From: Takakia lepidozioides
Lineage: Eukaryota; Plantae; Bryophyta
Direction of reading: 5' to 3'
Length of the DNA stretch: 64,000 nucleotides
Assembly: GCA_030704615.1 (NCBI GenBank)
Contig: CM060731.1
Coordinates: forward strand, 59,892,001-59,956,000
The notes below the pieces were generated by a model. It ran no database searches, was not told where the DNA came from, and worked only from the letters and a program-made list of their open reading frames with translations. Made by a program: the position numbers and the translations under genes. This document shows, in pieces, positions 1 to 12,671 of this stretch (position 1 is the stretch's first letter; each line of letters begins with the position of its first letter).

Positions 1-3000
1 AACAGTTTACTAAGACTACTTTCGGCGCAAACGACAAGACTCATTGGCCGACTGCAACACCTCATGGTGAAAAAAAAACAATGGGAAAAAAGAAAAAAGA
101 CGTGAGAACTTCAATTTGTAGTACCCTTGGGTGAGATACCCCAACATGCATGCCTACTGAAGAGGGTTCCAACTCAGATTTTTCATTGTAAATTATGGTG
201 TAGGAACGTGGTAAGATTCTCTTTACTTGTTTCACTTTTTAAATAAAAAATGTACGAAGGCCCATATGCTCAAATTAAAAGAGGACATCGACAAAAATTA
301 TTATATCAAAGGGCGAGGAGGGTGGCTTACATCAAAGATAGCATCGGAGAGCAACCAGACCCAGGCCCCAGCCCTAGCCCCCATGGCAAGCTTTAAAACC
401 AAGCACTACAATTTAACTAAGATTGTTTTCAGAACTTGAGACTTGCTTTGCTCTTCTTGGGTATTCAGAGTCCATTCATCAATCAATGGTATTTAAATTT
501 TATTATTTTTACTAAATAATGTTATAATTTGTCTTCATAAAACATTGAAAATGATCATTTTGTTATTCTATTTTAGTATCATTGTAAGGTAGTTGCTTAA
601 AAACACTTGTAATCTATTTTCAAAATATGACCATCAAAAGTCATTGTGCCCAAAAGTTTAAAATCAAACATATTTTATTGGTGGGTAAATTACTTCTCCA
701 ATCATTAAAGCAAAATAAGCCATCTTCAAAAATACAATGTCCACGGCTTTGGAATGCTCATTGACAGTTTAACTTTTGCAGATTTCTGATGATGTCATTT
801 ATTTAATTTATTCACATAATTATATCTCGCTACACACATCTTCATTCAAACAGTCAATTGTGTCATAGATGAATGTCAAAGATGTCATTTAATGTTTATG
901 AAAGAGTTTGCTACCGGGTATGGCCCCATGCTTCATATTCCTTTGTTGTTGAGTAATGGTTTGTACTTTGTTTGGAGCCCAAAATCCAAGAGATCTGCAT
1001 CACACAATCGTCCATAATCTAGATTGAGTGACCAAATGACAAAGAAACAAATATGTTCTTATTGAACCTAAACAAAAATCCCAAAACTCTCACCAAAGAC
1101 GGTTTTACATATCCGGACAGTGTGATCTGGTCAAAATTGCCAAAATTTTGATAGCGTTGGTTTATAGTGGATATCATGGATGATGATGGAGATACATATG
1201 TACATGCAACATTTATGTATATACCTATGCAAACTTGTAATTCATGTCCATTGCACGGTGAATAGATTTCATCTATTATCTTGAACATCTTTGGTTTTTG
1301 TGCACATTACAATATGACATGAGAATACTATTTTACTTTCTCAAGATTTTGTAACATGATAAGATCCATTGTCAATCTATATTCTTTCTAATCATTTTGA
1401 CATTAAACTCGAGTTGGAAACAAAACTTGAACAAATCACAATGTACACCAACATACAACATAAGAAAGTGAAGCCGTCTGTCCACTCCGCTACCCCCCCT
1501 TCCGTGCATACACTTGTGGCCATCCCCTGTCCCTCACTGCCCACACAATAAATCTTACTTTCCCTGGTCTCTTTCTGCACATAACTAAAACTATCAACTT
1601 GCTAGCGGATTATCTACATTAAATGCGAAAACAAAGTCAGCTTGTTTTCAACAAACAATCAGCTGAGTGAGCTAAAAAATTGCAAAACCATCACTTTGGC
1701 ATAAATTTAAAAATGGATAAAAACGAGAAAGCCTAAGTCACTCCTCAAACTGACAATAAATAGAGCAGTTCCTAAACCAACACATCTTGAACTCTTTTAA
1801 GGAACTTTTCACTTCCGCAAAACCCTCATTCACCTCCATGCGCAAATCCTTCATACTGATGGAGGCGCGAACGTCGTTCCTCAGTTTCTCGATCTCCAAC
1901 TCCAAGCTATGATAGCTTGCATCTTCTTGGAGACGTCTCACCTCCGATTCCAACGCTGTAATACGGTCCTCCTCGGGTAAACTACAACGGAGAGGCCAAT
2001 GAAAACACCTCCGAGGTGCCATAGCCACAAAGGTGGGCATCTGCATTATATTGTTGGAGGGGTTGCTGCTAGACCTTAATTCCAATGGTTGATGTTTTTT
2101 TCAAAGTGAAGCCTACTTTGGAGGCAATTTTAACAGTTTATGACCTAAGAGATCTAAAGATGAAACTTTTGAATAGTGTGATCAACATATATAAATTGTT
2201 GTAGAAACTCATCTAGTATATCAGGGAGGTCGTTTTAGGGTAGAGTTTCGGTGATTCCAAAACGTTCTGTTCTCGGCTTCTGTCATTTGACTTTACGACA
2301 GCGGAGGATCTTTTAGGTCGGTGTTGGACCTTATTTTTCCAACTTGCACTTCTGCTTTGAACTAATGAACTGAACTTTAAATGTGTAATAACTATGGGTT
2401 GTCCAGGAAAATGCATATATGAGTGCATCAATGCCATTTGGTCCTAGTTTTGATATCTTGAGGGATTATTTGAAAACTCAGGGCTCCAGTCACCTCACAA
2501 CGGGCAAGGGTGTGCCAGCACCGCTAGACAACGAAACTACATGTATTTGAATTTTGAGAATCAATGTCGCGTCACTTTCAAATGTTAGTGGCGCCTCCCT
2601 TGACCATTTGATTTGCATTGAGGCCAAAGAAGAAGGTTATTTGATCACCACAGTTTATCATAAATGCCTTTGCCTCCCAAAAAATCAGTGATTTGTCACA
2701 ATGTTCAAAACAAGGCTGTTGATGTCCAGCAAATGATAGATTAATGTTGCAGTTGCATAATCTATGGTTTGTCCCTTGGCAGAGAGTAATAGCAATTGTA
2801 AAAAATAATAAAAAACTTTGATAAAAATAAAAACAAAAGAAATCATTTACAATTTATATCTACGAGTGCCTATAGTCAACTTTTTATCCCATTAATTATG
2901 CTTCAACGTACAATTTTGGTCTCTTCGAACACAAATAGTTAGTATGCGTTGAAGAACAGCTCGCTCTTTCATAAATATAAATATTAATTTATAAAAGAGG

Positions 3001-5247
3001 TTATTGTGATGAGCTGTATGCAGTTCTACTACTAAATCCATTTGATACACTTGACAATGGGTGGAGGATTGCATTGCTTAAAATCAGCATACAATGTGAA
3101 CAACTGCTGAATTGTGTGTTCTGAGCTGGGCACCCAACCGGATTGTGGGTGAGATATGAGAAAATTATGATAAGCATCGAAAATGTATGGCATGAGTTGA
3201 CAAAATGCAATGAGTTGCAACAACAAATGACATCATTTGTGCAAATAATACAAAGATGTTAGAGGACATCAACTCTATGCCATTGGCAACCAAGACCAGT
3301 AGTTTTACACAAATGAGCTTTTAATAGCGCATGAGGTTGCAAAGACTTCCAAAGTTTTTTATAAATGAATTATTTGACAGGTCGTTGATACGATGGACGT
3401 TAATGAAGTTGTGGCTACATAATTGGCTAGAGCCAGGCAGGTTTGGGAGGAGAGGTTTAACTCTCTGTCGCAAGAGGTTCGTAATTTTCGGGGCGAAGTG
3501 CTAACTGAGGAAATTCTTGCGCTACGAAGCCTGTTTGAAGTCCATGTGTAGTATTACTTGCGAAGAGATACTTCGGGCTGAATTCTTCGCAAGAGTTAAT
3601 GGGGTAGAGCCGGATCTGAGTAGATGGTTCTTGGATAATATTCACAATCTGAGATTTGAGGATATGACGACGACGATTGGAATGAGCGCCCCTGATTTCG
3701 TTGCTTTTGCTGACAAGCTCGTTAATCAACGGCACGCTTCAGCACATTTCAGGGACATTTCCGATCATGCCATGAGAGATACCTAGTGCCATTACCTGTT
3801 TGTAGAGTACGTTTGGTCGAAGGTCTTAAATCCTGACAATGCCCGTGTTATTGAGACTTTTGGATAGAGGTCTTTCGATCTAACAGAGATTAGAGTAATT
3901 ATAGTTTAGTTTGGGCTGATCAGAGCACTGGAGCACATGATTACAGTTTAGTTTGGGCTTTGAACCGGATTCTATCTTACAATATATTTGTGATATATTC
4001 CATCTTTTAGCACTCGCGCAAAGTGTCAAAAGTCATATCAGTGAGCATGAGGGTACGAACATAAACTCTTGATAGATGCATTTGGAAGGTTTTGGTATGA
4101 AGAAGAAAATTACCAGTGGTGATTTATTCATGAAGACATTCAATGAATGAAATGCTCAACAGTCTATTTAAAAGCATGGAAGAAGAGCGGAAGAAGAGAA
4201 TGAAAAAGTTTAGCAAGTTCTTTCAACTTCAAGATGACATATTCAAGTTTGAGGTGGAGAAAGCCCAAGCAATTACATTTGTGGCAGAGCATGCAACTTC
4301 CACTAATTATCACACCATGATCTGACGTTTTGAAAAATTGGTTGATAAAAAAGAAAATGTTTAAAGAGATGATAATTACAATGACGTGTGCCTCCTTATT
4401 TTAAGTTGTAGAATCCTGAATTGTTGTTATTGAAAGTTAAAATTTGTACAAGATTCTAGGTTGAGCACGATAGTGTCGGACTTTGGATTTTTCATGTAAG
4501 CTACCTCAACCTTTAGATACATATAGTTGATTGTATGAATGATATGAGTGGTTATGTCAACAAAATCAAAAGCAATGTTGCATTTTTTAGTGGTTGTCAT
4601 ATGCATAGTCCCCATGCCTTCTAGTTAGCCAATGCCTTTGCGGTTGTTGTTCAAAAGAGACGACCATCTATTGTCGTTAACAATAACATTAAATTTGACA
4701 GTGGCGGTCAAGCTCTTTGACTAATCTATACAAATTGGAGGGGATCAGGATTGAAGATGGATCCGGAAGCTGATATCAGCCTTGAGAATTTTTTTTGGTG
4801 AGGGACGGGCTACATTATTTTTTTGTGGTTTTTTCTATTGTTTACTTGTGTGTTTGGTCCCTTTGAGTTGTTCATAGATTTGCTTAAATGTCAAACTTCT
4901 ATTTTACTTGTCTCAAAACCCCACCTGCAAATGCTCATGGATTTCGTCATGCAGAGGAGTTGGGATGACCACGGGCCATCCATGGCTCCCACTTGAGGTA
5001 GAGGGATGCTCATAAGGGGATGTTTCTGAGCAAAAATCATCAATCTAATATGAAGCTTTCGACTGTCAATTCACAATCAGCTTTTAGCACGATTGCAAAG
5101 TTTGGAGTACTTTTGATTGTGTTAGAATGTGACATTGATCAGAAATAAAAAAGAAGGAAGATTAGCAAAAAAAGGTAGACTAAAGAAATGAAATGAAATG
5201 GTACAATTTAGAGATAAAAAAAGATCGGAGTCGGACCTATTTATTCT

Positions 5248-5350
5248 GCCTTCATGGCTTTATGTAAGGTTTTTTTTTTCCTTAACATTAATAAAGTTTT
5301 ACAGGGCTACAATCCCCCTGTTCTCTTGAAAAGAAAAGAAAAAGAAAAAG
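5248..5350 (+). mobile_element. Orphan LINE 3' terminus (GCCTTCATGG, T-run, AATAAA, hairpin, A-rich tail)
   Basis: Same ordered motifs as the 3' ends of the LINEs at 40340-40447 and 52289-52387; ACAGGG/CCCTGT stem at 5301-5321 followed by a (GAAAA)n tail. Confidence 0.6.
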
Positions 5351-8300
5351 CTTCAGCTTAGAAGCCTAAACTATAACCTTGGTATTCATATAAGTTGACC
5401 CTGAATGAGGGATAGAATCTCTGGAAAATTGGAGATAATTTCAAAAATGGTACTGCCATTGGTGATGAACAAACAATATCTGACTTGGAAAAAACATTGG
5501 GTGGAATGAGACAAGAAAGAAATGAGGGGGTGAGGGATGTTGAATGGAGCTTATTATGACAAAGCAAGAAGGAAGCTCAGTCCAACAAGAGGGAATGTGG
5601 CACAAGGCATGGCGGATGATCACAACGGCTTTGTGCAGAGGTTCAAAGGAGCGAAAGACCAAGCTTCTTCACTGTTCAACACCAGCTCCTTGCAGGGAAA
5701 CGCAGGTCCCCTCTGCACCAGAACCGATGAGAGCATCATCTGGACTGATAGCATCCCAGCCATCTGCGAATTCGCCTAGCCAGATAGCATGGCCATTGCA
5801 GGACAACCAGGTTAATTGGTGCCAACGGAAAGTTAGACTTGAAGAAAGCTTAGTTTTGAGCTGGGTGTTTCTTCCCCATTTTTTTTTTGTCTTTTCTCAT
5901 CAGTGTGGCTCGCGGAGCTGGTTTCAGGGAACTTAAGTTGCCCCTTTTTGTAAGCTTTATGGCGTTTTGGTGGGTTACTCTTCCCCTGCACTTTTCAGTG
6001 CAGAAGTTTCCGGGTCCACCCCGTTTCCTCCAGGCTCCAAAAAAACAGGAAGCCAAGTGCTCTGGGAGAGCGACAAGGTTTCCCTAGCACAGTAGCTAGC
6101 AACAGAACCTCTTTCTTCTTCGGACTGCGCAAAAGTAAACCTTCAAAATATTTCTGACAAGTGATTAATATACAGGTAGGGGAAGACTTTGGGTTGCAAT
6201 GTGGGTATGGGCCCCAAAGGTGATGCGGGCGTAACGGTGAAGGACCAACGTCACTGCTCGCATAGATATTCGCAGCAAGTGACGGTCAAAGGCGCTCAAG
6301 AAGCCTGCAGAGGTAGCGAGATCCGATTCCATGTCTCCCTTTCTTGGGAACTCAATCAGTCCGTAGACCCCACCGCACTCTCGATCAGCTGCAGATGGCG
6401 TGCACATAACAAACGAACAGTTCCGTCCAAACCAACATGCTATGCTACCCATCAAGGTGACATGAGCTGTCGGGTCCTTGTTTACATGCAGCCTAGCAAT
6501 CCACCCGATGGAGGTTTCTTAGCTCCCAGAGCTATAAAAATTGGGAACAAAATTTTAGTTGACCCAGAAAGTATGGTGAGATCCAGAACGCTATGGTGTC
6601 GGCCCTTGAATCGTGCATGCGAGAAGCTCGGATTGATGTTGCAAGCTTCTGTTCTGCAGGCTTGTTTTGTAGCGCGCTTGCTCATTCCTGGAGCCATTTC
6701 CAAGGTGGTGTCCAGAGCTTACATGGATCCCAACTGTGATATCGCCTTGCCTGCTCCTCGCCTGTAGCAGCTTTTAAGTTGTATGACCCGGAAGAATGGG
6801 ACATAATTAAGATAGATGCCAATTACAGAGTAAAGTGGAGATTATAAAGGTTGAGACGTGAAACTTCAGGATCTAATACTCTAGAACTCTGATCACGGTT
6901 TCATGATGTTGAGCTTGCGCTGATGTGTTGCAGCAATAAGACCAAGAGCTGATCCCTGCATGCAAGGCTTTTGGGGGGGACCCACCTTCTGCAACAGTGA
7001 TCCGCTGCTGCCGGTGATGCACGCAACCAAGCCATTACTTTCTAAAGTGGTGTGCGCTACAGCAAAAAAACCGGTGATGCAGGCAAGTATATAACCGACA
7101 CATATACGCTTGCGCTGGAATCGGACACCGTGCCGCCAAAGCGATCTCGCTGCCGGTCATGCGTTGCGGTGTCGTGAACTCCTCGCTTTCTTACATCGAT
7201 TTAGCTAAAGCCACGTTTCTTATGCCCATAAATGGCTGCATGCCTTCACATCCTCGACGCCAACCATAAAGAAAAAGGCTTCAGTTTGTGTTGTTCAGTT
7301 GGGTCAACCCGTGAATTGCGATCCGTGCTATGTATTTGTTTGAGTAGCCTGCTTTTCCACGTGACTCTGACCTTCTGACGAGAAATTTTGCTTACGAACG
7401 CCCGAGATTGTATAATTTCATATCAGCCTCCCTCAGCTTTGGACCCTGCTGATGGATGACCTGTCCACATATTGACTTGTACATGTATACGCAGCTTACT
7501 TCAGTTCAAAGTTAGGCCGATTTCTAACCCCGAATATGTTCTCATATTCGCAAATACCCAGTAAAGAATCGCTCGGTTACTAGACCTTGTGGAGAAGAGC
7601 TGGCAGGTGGATGTCCAATTATCAGCTCCTTCGTGTTTCAGATGTCCTCTCTCACTTCCAAGTCATGGATGTAGGAATTCGAAGTGAGGAGAGATGTTTC
7701 TGGGGTGGGATGCGTAGAATCATTGACTTTCTAATCCGCGAGAGCATCAGTTTTAAAATCGTGATCCCATGTTTATGCCCTTTGCTCTTCACCAAGTTCC
7801 CCTCGAGCCCAGGTATCGAACAGGTGCAATCATTGACCAATACTAACCAACAATATATATACACGAAAAGATTGACCACAATTTACGTGGTGGTCCCGAT
7901 CGCTATCCTCAGAGTACCGCAAACTATATGGCCAGCAGACCAGGAACCATGTAAGGGGATATATTCTAGCAAAGCCTACAAAGCTTTCTCCCTGGATACT
8001 ATGGTCTAGCGGCTTGACTGGCCAGCGATGCAGTCTGAAGTACTGGAGGGGGTGCCTCAATTGAGAGAGAGAGGCATCTAGACTGTTCGTGAGCGGAACA
8101 TGAGAGCAGGGAAGATCAGCACAAGGCAACACAAGGACTCATCCTGCGGGTTTAGACCCCTGGAAGAAAAAAGAAAAGCTTGGTCTCGATAACACTCGAG
8201 GGTCAATCTGCAGGAATGTGATAGGACCGAGCTTTGCAGCATTCGATACTGTAGCGATTCAACATTCCAGTCTGCATTGTGTGCTGGCCAACTGTATACA

Positions 8301-8356
8301 GAGAGAAGAAGAAACAACCTAGACCTGTACAAACAGCTCGAAAACAGTCAGGATAC

Positions 8357-10171
8357 ATGGCTGGATTTTTCCAATGTGCGGGCTGGGTTCCGTTAGGAGA
8401 CGTGGCTAACCTGGGGCAGCTGACAGGATTGAATGCAGTAAATCTGATTGGGTTGATAGTAACGGCTGCCAACAATGCGCGCATGCACAAGAAGAACTGC
8501 CGTCAATTTGCCCAGCACATGAAGCTCATAAGCAACCTGTTGGAAAAACTCAATCTCACAACTCTGAAGGAACGGTCCGAGACTCGGGAGCCTCTCGAGC
8601 ACCTGGAAGACGCGCTTCGCAGGGCGTTGATTTTAGTGGAGAGCTGCAGGGATAAGAGTTACCTGTATCTGGTCGCCATGGGATGGATGTACGTGAATAA
8701 GTTCCACGATTACCAGGACGAGATCGACCGCTACCTTAAGCTCATCCCTCTCATCAGCCTTGTCGAGAACAGCAGGGTGAGTTTTGAACAGTTTCAAGAA
8801 TTTACGTTTCCAGGCTATATTTCACTTTGAACAAAGCTCGGTTTTTGCTGGTGTCGGAATCACAAGTTGATCTGTCAACGACCTGGGTACTTCTGGTGGA
8901 AACACCCCCTCAAACTTTACACGTGTAGCTTGAACATTCAAATATGTCAAACTTGCAAGTGGCTGCTTCATAATCTAAGGGCCCTTTACTGTAACTGAGG
9001 TTGCTCCGGGCTAGAAAACCATTGCAAGCAGCACTTAGCGAAGCTTTCAAAACTTGTTAAGAGTATGAAGTAGTCCCACCCTGACCTACATAACACTTAA
9101 TGTACACATTTCTCTCTGGTACCTCCCAGGCATGTGCAATCTTGTCACAGAAACTTGTATACTTTAGACTGGATAAATGATGTTAACCATGTGGCTGCCA
9201 TTCTCTTCAAATCTTTCAAGCTGTCACGGGCCTGGCCTTGAATATGTGGCTGGAACCGAAGGTTCACCTTCTTGAACTGAGCTCTCTGATAGCATTGCCT
9301 CAGCTGACGGACCTGATCGGGAAGTTCAAAAAGCATCAAGATTGCAGATTTTTGACTGCAGTACTTCATGAAGTTCCGCTTTTTAGAACATAGTCGTGAC
9401 GGTAAGTCAATCGATGCATAATTGAAGTCCAATAGGTTTCTTAGGAATTTAGAAAATTCGCCATCGCTGGTACTTGTTGTCCTTTGTCACTTGTAGGAGC
9501 TGCTCATTCCTGCAGCTATCAAAGTTATCTTGTTAAAACAGCCACAATGACCGATCTGTCCTAGTGCACATTGCAGGAGCGTCTGAAGGCAATAGAGAAA
9601 GATCGCCGGACTTACACAATGGAAGCAGAAGACGTGAAGGTGCAAGAGTCGCTGATGAAGCCCGAGCGCAGCAGAAGTCAATCCATTCGTTTATCACGCC
9701 ATGTTACACGCAACTATCCGGGGATAGCATTGGAGGAGGCACTGCGAACGGAGAACGCAAAGTTGCGTAAGGAGCTAAACCGCATGAGGGTGAGGACTTC
9801 CCACTATCTTACCACCATCACACTGACCTCGAGCGCGAAATAATTTGTATATGCAGAAGGGAAGTCCTCAAGTTGAAGTCGTTCTTAGACTAGATCAAAT
9901 CTCTTGTATTCAAAATTCATTCATGGCCCGGCAAGATCCTCCCCTTCTGTAACGCCCACCTAATTTCTCCTCCCCCTGTTATAGTACATCCAAGATATAT
10001 TTCTGGGCTTTATTGGGTTTACACTGTGAGGTCAAGAGGTGGAACGCATGAATGGTGTACCGTGTGCAGGAACGCAGGGAGCTCGACCAGTGTGACGTGA
10101 TCGAGCACCTTATAGAGTTCACTGAGACCGTCGTTGGCGATCCTATTGCAAACAAGAAGGCCCTGGCCTAA
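8357..10171 (+). CDS. MCA: MCA/CNR13-like protein, short paralog (MCAfunc + coiled coil, no PLAC8), about 244 aa
   Basis: Exons 8357-8776, 9577-9789, 10070-10171, all GT-AG and phase 0. Motifs QLTGLNAV..AANNARMHKKNCRQFAQH and LVESCRDKSYLYLVAMGW match MCA1/2. Exons 1 and 2 are the same length (420, 213 nt) as in the neighbouring copy; TAA at 10169-10171. Confidence 0.9.
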
Positions 10172-11267
10172 CGTGGGACCTCGTTAAGCACCCCTGCAGG
10201 TATCCATGTACGTGTATTCATGAATCGCAATTTGTGGATGTTTCCCTGGTATTCATGTGTGCATATGTACGTGTCTCAAGCACTTGCCTATATTGTGTGA
10301 GTCTTACCTTTAAGGCATGTAGTTGGACTCTGAAAAGGATGAAGCAGCTAAGTACATGCAGACATTTTAAGTAGATCCATCTTCCTGGTTTCGTTTCTCC
10401 TACATGGCAATTGCTGCTTTGCGTTTGGTGTTGCAAATTGAAGAATTCTTGCAAGCGGATAATGATACGAGAATGATACCTACCTGTCCGTCTGTCATAA
10501 TGCTTCGCAGGTTGGTGGAGCCTGTGTCTTGAAATTTCCTTGACTTCAGGGAGATTTGATTCATCTCGAATTTCGGAAGAGAATGCGTAGAGACGTAGCA
10601 GACCCCACTATAGCAGGCCTGAAATTTGAAGCCTTCACCCCTTTACAGGCCAGTTTGTCCTACCAGCTAACCTAGCAATGTTCTGAATTATCGAAGTTCA
10701 CACAAGTACATAGTAAAAGAATCTTCAGGAGCAATGCTTCTTGTTATCTAAGGGCAAGCACACCCTTGTAATTTCCGGCCTGGACCATCGTTTGTTGCAT
10801 CATAGAGTGCTGAAGGACAGTACTGGAATTCTCGTGCTTCCTTGTGCACGGATTAGAGTTTACAAGTGATATAGCTATAGGTACACTGTAATCTTCTTCA
10901 CGATTTGCGATTCAATGTGTAATATATTCGTCTTCCAAGATTATTCAACTTTCCCCCGCTTCTTCTCACCTCTCAAAATATCCACGAGGCCACGACCTGA
11001 TCGAGGAGCATTCAGATCAGTACGTTGGCCGCCGCCAGCCTGCTCCAGCTTGCGTCACTCTCCTTCTTGGAAGACGGTGCTGCCCCGACAGCGCCATAAC
11101 GGGATTCTCCTCCGTTCCGTTATCCAGGGCATTTTGTTGAACTATCCTTCCTGTAGGTAATTCCAACAGGGAATATCCATCGTCGGCTTTTCGACCAACT
11201 ATTATTATTCAATTGCAAGGCAGACAAAAAGGCAAAGCAAACGGGGCCCTCACTCTGACGTGTTTCA

Positions 11268-11298
11268 TCCACATCCACATCCATATCCACATCCACAT
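11268..11298. repeat. (ATCCAC)n microsatellite
   Basis: About five hexamer units, one imperfect. Confidence 0.8.
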
Positions 11299-12671
11299 CA
11301 CGTGCGCTGAAAATGGGATTGCTTCCTGTCCACGAAATAGTTGTAATTAAAAAATGTCGACGGTTTTATTTTCAATTTGTTTTTTCTTGTTCTTTTAGGA
11401 AGGGCCCGCCAGTGCAGCGCGCCCGAAATAGATTGAATAGAGGAAAAATAACAATTTTAATTCATTTAATGTAAAATCTAAAAATAGAAATGAGCAGTGC
11501 TTGTCCGAAAATCCATTTTGTAACCCTAACCGAGTACATAACCGTGTAACCAGCGCAGTTAACTGCGCACTGTTACGCTAACTAACTTAACCGTGGGTGT
11601 GAAGAAGACTGGGAGTCTGCGAAGGTGCTGGTCTCAGTCAAAGGGATGCTTCTTCTTCTCCGATGGCAAATCTTGATTCTCGAGCGAAGGAAATGCGAGT
11701 GCTGATGAGTGAATGCTGCCGTGAATGCTCGAGGGATGAAGTCTTGGAGAGGTTTGTGAGGTATTATATGGCTGGGTGATGAATAAGAGAGAGAGAGAGA
11801 GGCAGTACTAATAAGTAGGTTGCAAAGAGGCAGGGTAATAAACGCTGTGGTTGCCTGGCATGGTACGAGCCTACATGTGTCCTCCATCATGGCGGCGCTG
11901 GGGGCCCACCGCATGCAATATGCATATTCTGGTCAATCATTTTGTCTTGAGGTTAATTACTGGTCGATGATGGAGTCTGTTGTGTAGAGGAGACTGACGG
12001 CAGACAGTAATAATAATCAGGCAAGATCAGGGCAGGTGGAGAGAGGACAGGTTTGTATAGGTATCATGTTTGGTTAGGGAGCTAGAGGGACAGGGGGAAG
12101 TGATGAGGGGTGGAAGAAGAGGTGCGAAGGGGACAGAATAGCGTACCGACAGAAGGAGGAAATTTGTTGCGAGAGTTTCTTGTAAACTTCGTCTCTGAGT
12201 GAGCTAAGACGAGTGGCGTCTTGCTTTCTTGCTCGCACAGGTCTCAGAGTGTTGCGTTCATGGTTTTGTAGTCACTACAGTCGAAGGCCTTTGAATGTAT
12301 GTGTAGCCGTAAGGCCCTGTATGTGTACGCCGGAAAGGGAATGGGGAGGTTCTCCCAGATGATATACAAGCTTCTTAACTCCAGACATTTTTCCTGAAGG
12401 AGGCTTGGTGGACCATCTTTGGACTCCGAAGAGGGCTGAATTCTTGGCATATTTGAGAGAGGCAGAGCCTAGTCTTGGGAGGGGGTTTACACGAGACACT
12501 AGTAGAGTTTCTAAACAACGCACGCTGCGAAGGGAGCGAGGGGCTCAATTTGGTGCAATGTGAGACACTGGGAGCTTTTCATGTGACAGCTTGAGCGGCT
12601 TCCGAGGCTGCATCGGGTTGGCGGAGTAGTTCGACGAAGACATTTTGAAACTAGAAATTGGTGGACTCTGG

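Noticed and set aside
1-5000. Short ORFs (1738-2085 coiled coil, 3517-3786, 4143-4325) suggestive of decayed DNA transposon genes
   Set aside because: No diagnostic catalytic motif, TIR or TSD that I could verify
5537-5779. FNTSSLQGNAGPLC resembles the LRR-receptor juxtamembrane motif
   Set aside because: Single short match with no LRRs, transmembrane segment or kinase nearby
6189-6767. 192-aa ORF
   Set aside because: Non-ATG start, no recognisable domain or splice structure
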